Positions 10,172 through 20,792 of a stretch of DNA of 64,000 bases are shown in pieces. The DNA is from a virus. The translations under genes were made by a program, and so were the position numbers. Every line of letters starts with the position of its first letter. Position 1 is the first letter of the stretch. Below the pieces are notes generated by a model. The model saw only the letters and a list, made by a program, of their open reading frames with translations. It was not told where the DNA came from and ran no database searches. The stretch covers positions 1 through 64,000 of IMG/VR virus record IMGVR_UViG_3300006735_000001; one strand, written 5' to 3'.

Positions 10172-10417
10172 CTAAGTCAATACAATGTGAATAGATGAAT
10201 CTCCATCTTTCAAATAAAGATCACCTTTTTCTAATCCGGCTGCTTTTGCAGCAGTTTCATCTGCATATGTATCAGAACCAGCAAGATCACGCAGCCAGCT
10301 AATTACTAGATTTACATGAAGTAACCTAGCATTACCCGTCTGAGCTCTTGTAACTCCTTCAAATGCAGGACTTTCAAACTGTTGACTCAATTTGTATACT
10401 TGCTTTGGTGCTCCCAT
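10172..10417 (-). CDS. Small virion protein (head fibre-like)
   Basis: 81 aa. The C-terminal YADETAAKAAGLEKGDLY motif resembles the ends of phage fibres. Immediately follows MCP. Confidence 0.5.
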   Translation of the reverse strand: MGAPKQVYKLSQQFESPAFEGVTRAQTGNARLLHVNLVISWLRDLAGSDTYADETAAKAAGLEKGDLYLKDGDSSIHIVLT

Positions 10418-10443
10418 GATTATTTTGTTTTAAAGATTAAAAT

Positions 10444-10473
10444 AAAAAGGAGGAGAATTAACTCCTCCCTTTT
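10444..10473 (-). terminator. Terminator after the major capsid gene
   Basis: GGAGGAG-AATTAA-CTCCTCC hairpin flanked by A and T runs. Confidence 0.75.
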
Positions 10474-10484
10474 GATTATTAGTT

Positions 10485-12104
10485 CTAGAATGATCCTCCT
10501 GTTATAGGGTTTCTCATTACAATTTTTAGAACTTTAGTTGGATCCTTAACCCAAATAGCTGGCATGGTCTGAGTCATATAAACTCTATATCCATTGAATT
10601 GTCCAGTAGAAGCAAAACCTTGAGTTCTTCCCATGTAGTCCATAGTACCATTTTGGTAGAACCACTTAAGTTGATTATCCCAAGAAAGTTTCAACAAGTG
10701 AATGTTGTCATTTCCTTCATCTGTTACATCAAAAATAATAAAGCTAAATGAACTTAGAGGTCTACCATCAATCAATGGATTCTCAATGTCATTAGTGTTT
10801 AAGTTATCAAATGCTGGATTTAATACAAACTTAACGTTAGCTAAGAATGGAATAGTAAAGCTTGTGTAAGCAAAACCAAAATCTAAATCCATACCAGAAC
10901 CTTGTACAGCTCCAATTTGTGATGCATTTTGAACTAAACCTGAACCATAAACTTCATCAGCAATTGCTTTGTTGATCAATTGCATACCACCAATACCTGT
11001 TTGTACAATTAATGATCTTTGTGGATCTGGCCCTTTAAACTCAACTTTACCTTGATAGAAGTTATAAAGTTCAGACTTAAACATATCAAGAGTAAATGAT
11101 GACTTGTTATATACTCTTTTGAAAGAGTTATCTAACTGTGACCATAAACCTACAGACAATCTAATATCATCTGGTCCGTCTTGTTTAATTCTACCACCTT
11201 TACCCCACATTAGGTAAGTTTCAATATCTGTTGCAATTTTAGATAAATGTGCTGCTTCCATATTTGTAATGAAAGTTCTTGTAAGAGTTCCATTTTCAAA
11301 TGCTTCTCTAGCACCAGCTTTACCCATTGTTGCTACTAACCCTTCAATACTAGGTACTGATGGATTGTTAGGATCATTATCAAAGTTTCTCCAAATCTCT
11401 GTAACAGGTACAGTTCCATCAGCATTCAATCCGCCTTTAATCATAAGATCAGCACGGCTTGAAATAGAATAGTGTACGTGTGCTTCAGCTCCTCCTACAA
11501 AATTGTAGAATTCTCTGAATCCAGAACCTGTTTCAATGTCAGAAAATCTTTCACCATATTCTCCTCTTGCAGAACCTTTTCTAAAGAACTTTGTTCCTTT
11601 AGCTAGATATTTATTATCTAAAGATGCTGCGTTGTTGTTATTTACTAATTGTACTTGATAAACATATCCATCACCTGCAGGAATAATATCATCTGCTGTA
11701 ATGTAAAGTTCAAGACCGTTATACTTGTCATAAGTGATAATATCACCGTGACCAAACGCTCTTTTGTTGATCTTAATCTTAAAGTAGGTTCCATCAATAC
11801 CTTTGCTAGCGTTAGCAGGTTCAATGTCAGCTACAATGTAAGGAAGATCTTGTGCAATAGGAGTCTGCCATTTGTACTCACCTCTAGCATTATCCACAAG
11901 TATTGTATTCTTTCCACCAAAGGAAGCCATTTGATATAAAGGCATTTCTACCTTTTGGGTCATTGCCCATAAATCAATTGGTCCCATATCCATAGGCTCA
12001 GGATTACCAAGCATTTGGGTAAGGTGATAAGAATCAACATGTGAACTAGCTTTGTAGCTTGTATCTCTTAGAAAGATCCCATTATTTAAAACCGGAGTTG
12101 CCAT
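10485..12104 (-). CDS. Major capsid protein (crAss-like)
   Basis: 539 aa in the order TerL-portal-scaffold-MCP. Contains LMWGKGG, GLWSQL and WVKDPTK motifs and is followed by a strong terminator. Confidence 0.85.
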   Translation of the reverse strand: MATPVLNNGIFLRDTSYKASSHVDSYHLTQMLGNPEPMDMGPIDLWAMTQKVEMPLYQMASFGGKNTILVDNARGEYKWQTPIAQDLPYIVADIEPANASKGIDGTYFKIKINKRAFGHGDIITYDKYNGLELYITADDIIPAGDGYVYQVQLVNNNNAASLDNKYLAKGTKFFRKGSARGEYGERFSDIETGSGFREFYNFVGGAEAHVHYSISSRADLMIKGGLNADGTVPVTEIWRNFDNDPNNPSVPSIEGLVATMGKAGAREAFENGTLTRTFITNMEAAHLSKIATDIETYLMWGKGGRIKQDGPDDIRLSVGLWSQLDNSFKRVYNKSSFTLDMFKSELYNFYQGKVEFKGPDPQRSLIVQTGIGGMQLINKAIADEVYGSGLVQNASQIGAVQGSGMDLDFGFAYTSFTIPFLANVKFVLNPAFDNLNTNDIENPLIDGRPLSSFSFIIFDVTDEGNDNIHLLKLSWDNQLKWFYQNGTMDYMGRTQGFASTGQFNGYRVYMTQTMPAIWVKDPTKVLKIVMRNPITGGSF

Positions 12105-12172
12105 AATTGTTCTTGTTTTTGATTGTTATTAATTAATTACTCTATTTATTAAATTACCTTAATTTAATTCTT

Positions 12173-13495
12173 TTAAATTCTTTTAAAAATGTTTTGTGGC
12201 CTACTTAACTTTCTTCCAGCTGACTTACTTTTCTTTTCTGCTTCAGCTTGACTAACTCCTAATGATGCTCCTCCTGCATTTGATTGTTCAGTCTTTAATT
12301 TTCTAACTGTTTTCTCAACGCTTTTTTGAGCACCTTTATCCATTATTTTTGCTTTATATCCTTCTGGATCTTGCAACAACCATAATGCCTCAGAAATTAA
12401 TCCATAATTAGGCTCAACAAATTGATACTTTTCAAGTAAGTGTCCTAATAAATTAGTATTGTTACCACTTACTGATGGATAATTAGGTTGAACTAAGCCA
12501 TTATATAACATAGCTTGTGTCTTTCTGTCTACTTTGACATCACCTAGCTTACCATCTTTTAATGTATCATATACATTTTTCATATATGCTTTTGATGCTT
12601 GTTCTTGTTGTTTCTTTTTAAGCTCTTGTTCTTGAAGCTTTTGTGCAACAACTTTTTCTTGCATCTTATCTAACTTAGGTTTAAACTTATTTGCTTGTTG
12701 TTCTAACTTACCTAAGTCTTTCCAAATTTCAATTTCTTCTTGAATCTCTTCTTGAGTACCATAACCAGTAGCTCCTAAGTATTCAGATATTATTTTTTCT
12801 TGGTCAGTTGCTTTCTTAACATTTAATTGTTTAGTACTCTCTACTTGTGATAGAGTAGCAAATAAACCTTTCATATCTTTACCCCCATCAGCAACATATC
12901 TAGCAGCTATTTGAAGTTCTTGAGGAAGACTTTGAAAAAATTGCTTTGGTGTTTCTTGTCTCACCTGATTTGCTCTTTCTTCTAAGTTAGCCTCTATAAG
13001 CTCTTCCCAATCTTTTGCAGAATAATCTGTTAAAGATTTATCATCATCAAAAGGAACAATTTTTTCATCCTTAATCAATTTGTCAAATACATCAGATATT
13101 CCTGATATTGGTTTTCTACCTCTTTTAGATTTAGCTTCTGTTACTTCTTCTTCCTCATTATCTATATCTAAAGATTCTATAATATCTTTTCCTTCTTCTG
13201 TAGATTCTTTAGTTTCTTTGGTTTCTTCTACCTCTGTTTTATCTTCAGGAGTATCTGTTACCTTTGTTTCTTCTACATTGTCATCTACCTTAGCAGTTAT
13301 ATCATCTGCATCATCAGAATCAGGATCTAAAAACTTCATATCTGATTTTTTATTTATACCAGAAAAAATGTTTTTAGGGGTAGAGTCATCTTGAATTATA
13401 TCCGCACCTGTTGGGGCTACATTAAATATTTCATCTAGATTTACATCTACTTGTTCTACTTTACTTTTTACAGTTTTTGTTTCCGTATCACTCAT
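12173..13495 (-). CDS. Putative capsid scaffolding protein
   Basis: 440 aa with a very acidic N-terminus, coiled-coil and basic C-terminus. Lies between portal and MCP. Confidence 0.7.
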   Translation of the reverse strand: MSDTETKTVKSKVEQVDVNLDEIFNVAPTGADIIQDDSTPKNIFSGINKKSDMKFLDPDSDDADDITAKVDDNVEETKVTDTPEDKTEVEETKETKESTEEGKDIIESLDIDNEEEEVTEAKSKRGRKPISGISDVFDKLIKDEKIVPFDDDKSLTDYSAKDWEELIEANLEERANQVRQETPKQFFQSLPQELQIAARYVADGGKDMKGLFATLSQVESTKQLNVKKATDQEKIISEYLGATGYGTQEEIQEEIEIWKDLGKLEQQANKFKPKLDKMQEKVVAQKLQEQELKKKQQEQASKAYMKNVYDTLKDGKLGDVKVDRKTQAMLYNGLVQPNYPSVSGNNTNLLGHLLEKYQFVEPNYGLISEALWLLQDPEGYKAKIMDKGAQKSVEKTVRKLKTEQSNAGGASLGVSQAEAEKKSKSAGRKLSRPQNIFKRI

Positions 13496-13525
13496 AATTA
13501 TGTTGGTTTTAAAAATTTATACTTC

Positions 13526-13545
13526 TTACATATATAATATAAGAA
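13526..13545 (-). promoter_or_regulatory. Putative late promoter (variant)
   Basis: TTCTTATATTATATATGTAA upstream of the scaffold-MCP operon. Confidence 0.55.
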
Positions 13546-13582
13546 ATGTTTTTAACTATAAACTTATAATATTTGGTTAATT

Positions 13583-13613
13583 TTAAAAATAATTTGCAGT
13601 ATATAGCTAACGT
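13583..13613 (-). promoter_or_regulatory. Recurrent intergenic motif ACGTTAGCTATATACTGC...TTATTTTTAA
   Basis: Near-identical copy at 28799-28830 (+) and a core copy at 26509-26522 (-). Confidence 0.6.
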
Positions 13614-16364
13614 CTATTTTTTATTGTCAGATTTAGGAGAATCATATTTATTTTTGTTTTCTCTTGCTATTTGAAGTTTAGTGTCAGCTATTTGTTTTTG
13701 TGAAGCAATTTTTTCTCTTTCAACTTCTAATCTACTATTTTCCAGCATAGACTTATTAGTGTTTTGTTGACGTTGAAGATTCATTTGTTCTCTATATTGA
13801 GTTTGTTGTCTAATATCTTTCATAGCATCCTGATAATCAGACTGTTTGTTTTGATTTATATCAACCATAGAACCATAACCAGCTGATCTTATTTCAGCAA
13901 GAAGGACATCATTTTTTCTATCCTTTTCATTTTCATTTATCTCAACTTGAAGTTTTTGTTGCTCTTCTTGAGCTTTAGCTTGTATTTGTTGCTCTTGCAT
14001 CTGGCGTTGTTGATCCATTTCTTGCTGTCTTTGAGCTTGCATTCTTGTTTCAGCATCTTTAAGTATATCTGATACCTCTGCAATTGAGTCAGCTTTTACA
14101 ATATTTCCTAGTTCATAAATACTTGCACCTGTAGTATTATTTGTAAGAGCCATTTGTTTTAAGTTTTCTAGTATAGCTCTGTGGTTAGTTTTAGTAGTTG
14201 CAAATACATTAAAATCTCTAAGTAATAAATCAGTGCCATTAATAGTAAAATTAACCTTCTCAGCCTCTGTAGAGATATATTGTAATCTTATACTTGGTGT
14301 ATTACTATAATAATATTGTGCTAAATCAGTTCTCATCTGGTGAACTCTTGGCATTAAATGATCTGAATGCTGTACAAAATACATTTCTGTTTGAGCATAA
14401 GATTGCTGCATAGCTTGTACTACACCTGTTGCTGTTTGAGCTGATACAGCTCCTCCTAGACGTTGTGGATTTACACCTATAGCATCAAAACATTGTTGTT
14501 TAAAATAATTAGCTAATTGTATTCTTGACATTAATCTATTAGTTTGCTCCATGTTTAGAGTTTGATAATGATTAAAGTTAGTAGCATTTTCAGTATTAGT
14601 AATAGATGTATCTAATGGTAACATTTGAAAGTCTTTCATTGCTACAAATGCTTTAGCATAATTATTTTTACCCCAATCCTCACCCATTGAATGACGAGGT
14701 AAAGCATTTTGATCAAACATAATAACTGTACCTAATTCATCTATTAAGATATCTGCAATCTGGTTATTAACCATATTGTAACCAACCTGATAAGCTTTCA
14801 TTAAATCTACTAATGAAGTTGATCTTGTATTTCTATCTGAAAATACTCTTCCTTCTACAGGAAGCTTACAACCATATAATGAATTATTTCCTTTAAATTG
14901 AAAAGGTAATCTACCAGGCTTAGTTCTATTGATACCAATATATATTGGATTAATATTATCACCCATAGTAGATCTCCACATTGCTGGTAAATTTGGTCCT
15001 AATTTTACACCTCCCCATACTTCATTAATCCAAATCCAATCAATATGTTCACCACCTATTAAATTATCTTTAGTTTTACTTTTAAAGATTGATGTATCAT
15101 ATACTGCCTTTTTAGTAATTCTAAATGTTTCATCAACTATCTCTTGAGTTATTTCACCATCTTCTTCTATCTTAGTTAGATGTCCAACTTTTCTTTGAGT
15201 TTTCCAATATATGGTAGAAACTCTCATCAAGTTACCTTCACCCCACATTTGTACATCTTCTCCTTCATTTAATATTTCACTTAAAATATCACCACCATTA
15301 GCAGGATCATTATGATAATTACTTACAAATTGTCTATATGGTAAACCAGGCATTTCAGTGTTCCATGCATGAGATCTTTTTGGATCATAGTATGAACCAT
15401 CATTTTGGTATCCGTTAACTTGATATTGAGCAGATCTTGCTGGATATATTTTTTGTAGTGAGGTAAGTTGTTTCTCATCCATTAAATATCCATATCTATC
15501 TACTACATCTGATACAGTCATTAAATCTACTTTACCTACATAATTTGAATCTGAGATATATCTTTGTTCTGGAGACTTTTGGTAAAAGCTTAATACTGGG
15601 TTCCATAATTCTATATCATAATCATCTTCTAACATTCGGAAATGCCAAAACTCTCTGTCTGCAATAAGCATATCTCTAAATCCTCTTTCTTCAAGCTCTT
15701 GCATTTTAAATCTTTCCTCATCTACATTTAATTGATGAGTAGCCCACTCTTCTATCATACTTCTATATGACTTGCTAAAAAAGTCTTCAATCTCAGGTAA
15801 TGTTTTTAAATTTTCTGGCTTTAGTTGTTGTACAGCTTGTTCTGAACCAGGATCCATTCCCATTGCAATCATTTTTTGAAGCATTTCTGCTTCAGCATCT
15901 GCAAGTAAGGATTCTTCAACCTGCATTTTCTTTTGTTCTAACATCTCATTATAAGATGTATCATCTACTGCTCTAAATTGTACTTTAGTATATCTTTTAG
16001 CAAACTCACCTGATAAAACATTTACTACATTTGGAATAATTGGATAAAATTTTAACTCAAGTGCAGAATCATTTTCTTGAGTAAGAGTTTCCATTAAATC
16101 TTTATAGTCATTATCAGGCTCTATAATATAATCTGACTTATCAATAATACCTTTTGCTAGCTTGTAATTTTTTAGTAAACGCCTAGCATTATTACGTAAA
16201 AACTCAATACCTTGTAGTTCAAGCCAGTCTAAATTCCATGCCGCCCAATCATCTGTTTTATCTTTATATGGTAAAAACTGAATAGGTTGTGTTAGACTTG
16301 AAAACGTTGGTCCATCCTCAGCTTTAGCACCATTTTTAAGTTGCATTGCATTTAATACTCTCAT
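13614..16364 (-). CDS. Portal protein
   Basis: 916 aa directly after TerL. Contains FYPIIPNVVNVLSGE, WINEVWGG, GVNPQRLG and a long Q-rich C-terminal coil, as in crAss-like portals. Confidence 0.85.
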   Translation of the reverse strand: MRVLNAMQLKNGAKAEDGPTFSSLTQPIQFLPYKDKTDDWAAWNLDWLELQGIEFLRNNARRLLKNYKLAKGIIDKSDYIIEPDNDYKDLMETLTQENDSALELKFYPIIPNVVNVLSGEFAKRYTKVQFRAVDDTSYNEMLEQKKMQVEESLLADAEAEMLQKMIAMGMDPGSEQAVQQLKPENLKTLPEIEDFFSKSYRSMIEEWATHQLNVDEERFKMQELEERGFRDMLIADREFWHFRMLEDDYDIELWNPVLSFYQKSPEQRYISDSNYVGKVDLMTVSDVVDRYGYLMDEKQLTSLQKIYPARSAQYQVNGYQNDGSYYDPKRSHAWNTEMPGLPYRQFVSNYHNDPANGGDILSEILNEGEDVQMWGEGNLMRVSTIYWKTQRKVGHLTKIEEDGEITQEIVDETFRITKKAVYDTSIFKSKTKDNLIGGEHIDWIWINEVWGGVKLGPNLPAMWRSTMGDNINPIYIGINRTKPGRLPFQFKGNNSLYGCKLPVEGRVFSDRNTRSTSLVDLMKAYQVGYNMVNNQIADILIDELGTVIMFDQNALPRHSMGEDWGKNNYAKAFVAMKDFQMLPLDTSITNTENATNFNHYQTLNMEQTNRLMSRIQLANYFKQQCFDAIGVNPQRLGGAVSAQTATGVVQAMQQSYAQTEMYFVQHSDHLMPRVHQMRTDLAQYYYSNTPSIRLQYISTEAEKVNFTINGTDLLLRDFNVFATTKTNHRAILENLKQMALTNNTTGASIYELGNIVKADSIAEVSDILKDAETRMQAQRQQEMDQQRQMQEQQIQAKAQEEQQKLQVEINENEKDRKNDVLLAEIRSAGYGSMVDINQNKQSDYQDAMKDIRQQTQYREQMNLQRQQNTNKSMLENSRLEVEREKIASQKQIADTKLQIARENKNKYDSPKSDNKK

Positions 16365-18551
16365 TTATCTAAAGTTTTTGAATCCAGATCTTCTTGTATT
16401 TGAATTTCTATTAGTTTTTTTACGCCCAATATTTTTGAACGGACTATACTTTAATTTAGTAATTTTTTGTGACTTAACCAAGGATTTCTCTTCAGTTTCA
16501 CGTCTTTTACTATATCCCCTGTTTGACTGTTGAATTTTAGAAAATGCCACCAATGCACAAAAAGAAACCATTCTATCCACATTCAAACCAGGATGATATG
16601 CCATCATTTCTTTAATTAACATTTGATCTGGTATACGTTCAATACCAAAAGTTTGTGAAATAACATTACCTTCAACATCTAACTCTTCATCTATAACCTC
16701 TCTTAAAAATTCTATACCATAAGATATTAAATGACTTTTAAATAAAGTACCTGTATTTTTCCAACCATACTCTTGATATACTGTTCTATTAGATCCTAGA
16801 TCTTTTAAAAATAATATCTGTTGTTTAGGTACTAAATATCTTTGTTTTTTTCTAGCAATCATATGTTGAATAAATAAAGAAATATTATTCTCCACTATTG
16901 TCCATGCATTATACCACTCTATGATATATTCTAATCTTTCATGTGTTTTATTAATATCATCATATCTACCACACCATGATGCTACTACTTTATCTTTTTC
17001 TATAAATTGTTCTATATCTCCCGCTTCATTAGTACGTGTTACTTCTGTAGCATTTTTATACACAAAGATACTACATAATGAATCTGACGTAGTAGTCTTT
17101 CCTTCTGACACAGGATCAATAGATGCATAGTATGCTCCAAATTGAGGATCTTTGATTGGACGTTCCCATACAACTATACTACCTGTTTTATCTTGTTGTC
17201 TTTTATTTACTGGAAATTCAGATATAGGTAATTTGGTTGTTCTTTTTGGGACAATACCTTTTTCATCCCTATCTAAAGTAATTAATTCATATGGATATGA
17301 TTTTTCTTCTATACGTTTTAATTGTCTACTTAATAGTCCCTGTGGAAAAATTGATTCTTTTCTATAAGCAAATGCTTCAGAAATATTTAATGGCTTCTGA
17401 GATATTCTAAGTTGAAACTGTTCAGAGTTTAATTCAACCTTCCATCTTTCTCTTTCTAATTTAATAGCTGCAATTGCTTCATCAATTAAACTATTACCGT
17501 ATTCATCAATGTATGGTGGCATAGACCATTGTTCAGGAATAAATAAACCTGCCATACCAATTGTTCCATCAGCATCTATTAAATTTGTTTCTACTGCATA
17601 TATATCATTTCCAACTGGATTAAGTATCATATCTTTAAGTGGATTACATTGTGATAAATCACCCACTGATCCTGCTGCAATAAACATACCTGTAGTTACC
17701 ATACCAGAAGACATAGCAGGACGTAAATACTCATAAGTTTCTGACATTTTAGGTGCTATACCTGCTTCCTCATGAAAAAAATATGTACATGGTCCACCTA
17801 CACCAGTAGTAGCATTTTTCTCAAATGAAGCACCTTGTATTTTAGATTTTAAACCTCTAGAAGTTTTTCTATTATTAATTTTAACTTCTATCTGTTGTTG
17901 CCATAATAATACTTTTTCTGGATTACTAGGTCTATACCAGGCAGTATGCTCATTTAAAAAAGTTTTATATTCTTCTAAAAATTTCCAAGAACCTTTATCA
18001 TTTATATAATCTTTTAATGAAGCCCCAATCTTACATATAGATCCTTCTTCAAACCAATACTGGTTAATTATTTTAGCCATATGAAAATATGAAGAAGCTA
18101 TTTGCCTTTTCTTTAATATGGCTGCATGTTGATTATTTAACTCAGCAATAATTTCATATAATGCCATATGATATTGTGCATCTCTTACTTTTGCAAAACC
18201 ATATTTTTTTTCTTCTTTATCAAAAATAGGTAAAAAGTTAAGCCACATATAGTAATCTCTGGTAAGATACCATTCATTATTACCTTCTTTATATATTACT
18301 CCTTCTCTACATTTAATCTTTTCAAATTCCCAATAAGCAGTAAAGTCTTTTGACCTAAAAGGTTTATTACAGTAATGTCCTTCTTCATTAAATATTTTAG
18401 CTTGTTCATTAAAAGACCAGGCAATCTTTGTAAAATTATATTCACCTGGTTCTTTAAATATACTTTCTAAGTATTCTCTAAAACTTAAATCACTTTCAAA
18501 TGTAGTAGTAGTCCATTTTTTATTTTCATATGTAGGTATGTTTCTACTCAT
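16365..18551 (-). CDS. terL: Terminase large subunit
   Basis: Degenerate Walker A (LKKRQIASS), Walker B (FFHEEAG), and nuclease motifs SIDPV, IVENN and NVDRMVS. Confidence 0.9.
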   Translation of the reverse strand: MSRNIPTYENKKWTTTTFESDLSFREYLESIFKEPGEYNFTKIAWSFNEQAKIFNEEGHYCNKPFRSKDFTAYWEFEKIKCREGVIYKEGNNEWYLTRDYYMWLNFLPIFDKEEKKYGFAKVRDAQYHMALYEIIAELNNQHAAILKKRQIASSYFHMAKIINQYWFEEGSICKIGASLKDYINDKGSWKFLEEYKTFLNEHTAWYRPSNPEKVLLWQQQIEVKINNRKTSRGLKSKIQGASFEKNATTGVGGPCTYFFHEEAGIAPKMSETYEYLRPAMSSGMVTTGMFIAAGSVGDLSQCNPLKDMILNPVGNDIYAVETNLIDADGTIGMAGLFIPEQWSMPPYIDEYGNSLIDEAIAAIKLERERWKVELNSEQFQLRISQKPLNISEAFAYRKESIFPQGLLSRQLKRIEEKSYPYELITLDRDEKGIVPKRTTKLPISEFPVNKRQQDKTGSIVVWERPIKDPQFGAYYASIDPVSEGKTTTSDSLCSIFVYKNATEVTRTNEAGDIEQFIEKDKVVASWCGRYDDINKTHERLEYIIEWYNAWTIVENNISLFIQHMIARKKQRYLVPKQQILFLKDLGSNRTVYQEYGWKNTGTLFKSHLISYGIEFLREVIDEELDVEGNVISQTFGIERIPDQMLIKEMMAYHPGLNVDRMVSFCALVAFSKIQQSNRGYSKRRETEEKSLVKSQKITKLKYSPFKNIGRKKTNRNSNTRRSGFKNFR

Positions 18552-18819
18552 CTCTAATTATAGCAAATACATCTCCTGCTTGAACTAGTAAATGTTCTTC
18601 ATTATCATGTTTCATTGGAGTTGGCATTGCATAATCTGCATACTGAACTATATCACCTACTTTAATTTCTTTTACTTCTTGTCCTACTCCTACTACTGTA
18701 CCTTTAAACTCCTTCTTTTGAGCTATTTCAGGAATGATTAATCCCCCTGCAGTTTTAGTTTCAACTTTCCACTTTTTTAATAATAATTTGCTACCTACTG
18801 GAATAATTTTTTGTGCCAT
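18544..18819 (-). CDS. groES: Co-chaperonin GroES (Cpn10)
   Basis: IIPVGSKLLL, mobile loop ETKTAGGLIIP, GTVVGVG, IKVGDIV, DVFAII. Confidence 0.92.
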   Translation of the reverse strand: MAQKIIPVGSKLLLKKWKVETKTAGGLIIPEIAQKKEFKGTVVGVGQEVKEIKVGDIVQYADYAMPTPMKHDNEEHLLVQAGDVFAIIRDE

Positions 18820-18831
18820 AATTGTTGATTT

Positions 18832-19350
18832 TTATAATTGGTCATAAGCTAAACCTGCACCACCACGTACAGAGCTTTCTTGTTCTTGTCTCATATCTGT
18901 AAATGCACCTTTGTATGATTGTCTTATAGACTCAAATTTTGCTGCTGCATTTACCATTGAATTAATATTTCCATCTCTACCATGTTCAATAGCAGTAACT
19001 TCCATGTATTTTGCTAATCTATCTAACATAGACTTGATACCTACATATGCTCTATAAGTTGGTGTCTGATACATTTTTTCACACATTGCTCTAGCATATC
19101 TTATTGGAGGATCTTCAGTTGATTCTTCCAATTTTATTTCCTCAATTACTATATCTTCTTTTTCATGTTCTGGTAAATTAAAAAATGGATTAAGATCAGG
19201 ATTAGGACATGTCATATAAAATAAATATTTATATATAGGCATGTGTGTATCAGGATATTCATCTTTTATCTTTTTTAGAAAGGGTAAAGTATAACAATGT
19301 TCTGTTAATACTACCTTATCATTTTGTATGTCAAATAATCTAACTATCAT
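18832..19350 (-). CDS. Conserved helical protein upstream of TerL (terminase small subunit candidate)
   Basis: 172 aa, C-terminal VRGG. Called from position only. Confidence 0.4.
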   Translation of the reverse strand: MIVRLFDIQNDKVVLTEHCYTLPFLKKIKDEYPDTHMPIYKYLFYMTCPNPDLNPFFNLPEHEKEDIVIEEIKLEESTEDPPIRYARAMCEKMYQTPTYRAYVGIKSMLDRLAKYMEVTAIEHGRDGNINSMVNAAAKFESIRQSYKGAFTDMRQEQESSVRGGAGLAYDQL

Positions 19351-19667
19351 GAGCCTCCATCATTACATAGATCTGTACAATCTATAGCGTCCATAAGTGT
19401 TTTAATTGTATTGTATGATTCTTTTACCTGTAGTACTATAGGTCCCAAAGCTATATTTCTACAATCTAAAAACTTTTGTGTTGCTGTATCATAGTATTCA
19501 TCTACAAAATCAATAGAATTTCTATTAATATATATTGGAGTTTCAACTAAGACAGGTGGCACTTGTTGATTATTAAGATCAAATTGAGTTGGTATAAGAG
19601 TTCTCACAATAACTCTAGTTAATGTAATATAATTTTTTTGATATACGGGAATTCTTAATGCTGGCAT
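19347..19667 (-). CDS. Hypothetical protein, FlbD/LytTR-like small beta domain
   Basis: IYINRNSIDFVDE...VKESYNTIK pattern. Likely paralog of the adjacent gene. Confidence 0.45.
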   Translation of the reverse strand: MPALRIPVYQKNYITLTRVIVRTLIPTQFDLNNQQVPPVLVETPIYINRNSIDFVDEYYDTATQKFLDCRNIALGPIVLQVKESYNTIKTLMDAIDCTDLCNDGGS

Positions 19668-19669
19668 AA

Positions 19670-19918
19670 TTATTTATTTAAAATGTTTTTTAATTCTTCA
19701 TATCCAATAACAAATATAATAGGTTTACTATTATCAGAAAACATAACTTCAGTATATGTTTCTTTAAACTTATCTGTACCTAGATGCCAATATTGTTTAA
19801 ACCAAATTATTTTGTCTAAATCTACAGATATTTTAGTCTCTTCAAATCTAAAGTCTGTAGGTACTTTTGATTTTAATGATTGTATTGCTACTGCAGCAGT
19901 AAATTCTATATATTTCAT
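19670..19918 (-). CDS. Hypothetical protein, paralog of 19347..19667
   Basis: ISVDLDKIIWFKQY...IGYEELK aligns with the neighbour. Confidence 0.5.
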   Translation of the reverse strand: MKYIEFTAAVAIQSLKSKVPTDFRFEETKISVDLDKIIWFKQYWHLGTDKFKETYTEVMFSDNSKPIIFVIGYEELKNILNK

Positions 19919-20727
19919 CTGTTATCTTTTAACCAAGTTATCAAAGAATGTACCTCATCTTTTAAATAAGGTAACTCATATATTTTAATGTCTTCTAATA
20001 CAGGTTCACCAGCTACATGTTCATTAATAGGATATCCATTTGCATCAGTACCTACTTGTTTAAATTTTACATGTTGTATTGTCAGTTTCCCTATTTTAAG
20101 TTTAGGATTATGTTTTTTAATAATATAAGCATAAATACTTAATTGTAAATTATAGTGATTTAAATTACAATCATCTAAATGACTTACAGGATTATACATT
20201 TTGTTAGTAATTCCTTCCCAATTTGTAAACCCTTTTTCTTTTATTTCTTTATTAGTTTTATAATCATTGATATTAATAACACCATCAACAACTTCAACTA
20301 CATCTGCTTGACCACATATACCTATAGACTTAAGATACACTAAATGTTCCGGATATACACCATTATCAAGTTTTTGATTAGGAGAAATTTTAATTCCTTC
20401 TCCATCTACCAATGGTTTAATGATAGGTACTTCAACACCATTACGTTCAATAGTTTTAAAGTCTAACATATCTGCTTCACGTTGATTATGATACCAATTA
20501 CCCAATGTAATTGCCCTATGAGATTCGGCATCCCATGCAGCTAAAATTTCTTTTGGTGTCTTACCATACCATTTAGATCTTTTGTTCTTAGAAGACTTCT
20601 TAGCCTGTCCATCACGATCAAACTTTGGTTTAAATTTACCAATAAATGATGTTACACCAGTCCACTGAATATTATCACCATCAGTGCTTTCATATATATG
20701 TCCTTCCTCTTTAAATACAATAGCCAT
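19915..20727 (-). CDS. PD-(D/E)XK exonuclease (lambda-exo/Cas4-like)
   Basis: GVTS, G(N)WYH, E, CGQAD, DYKT and YNLQLSIY motifs. Confidence 0.85.
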   Translation of the reverse strand: MAIVFKEEGHIYESTDGDNIQWTGVTSFIGKFKPKFDRDGQAKKSSKNKRSKWYGKTPKEILAAWDAESHRAITLGNWYHNQREADMLDFKTIERNGVEVPIIKPLVDGEGIKISPNQKLDNGVYPEHLVYLKSIGICGQADVVEVVDGVININDYKTNKEIKEKGFTNWEGITNKMYNPVSHLDDCNLNHYNLQLSIYAYIIKKHNPKLKIGKLTIQHVKFKQVGTDANGYPINEHVAGEPVLEDIKIYELPYLKDEVHSLITWLKDNR

Positions 20728-20792
20728 ATCAAATACCTATTGTTGTATACCACATACCATTTTGTTCATCTGCAGTAAAGTTAATTCCTGTA

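Noticed and set aside
19915-20727. Cas4-like nuclease as part of a CRISPR system
   Set aside because: No other cas genes, array or Fe-S Cys set. It looks like an ordinary phage PD-(D/E)XK nuclease.
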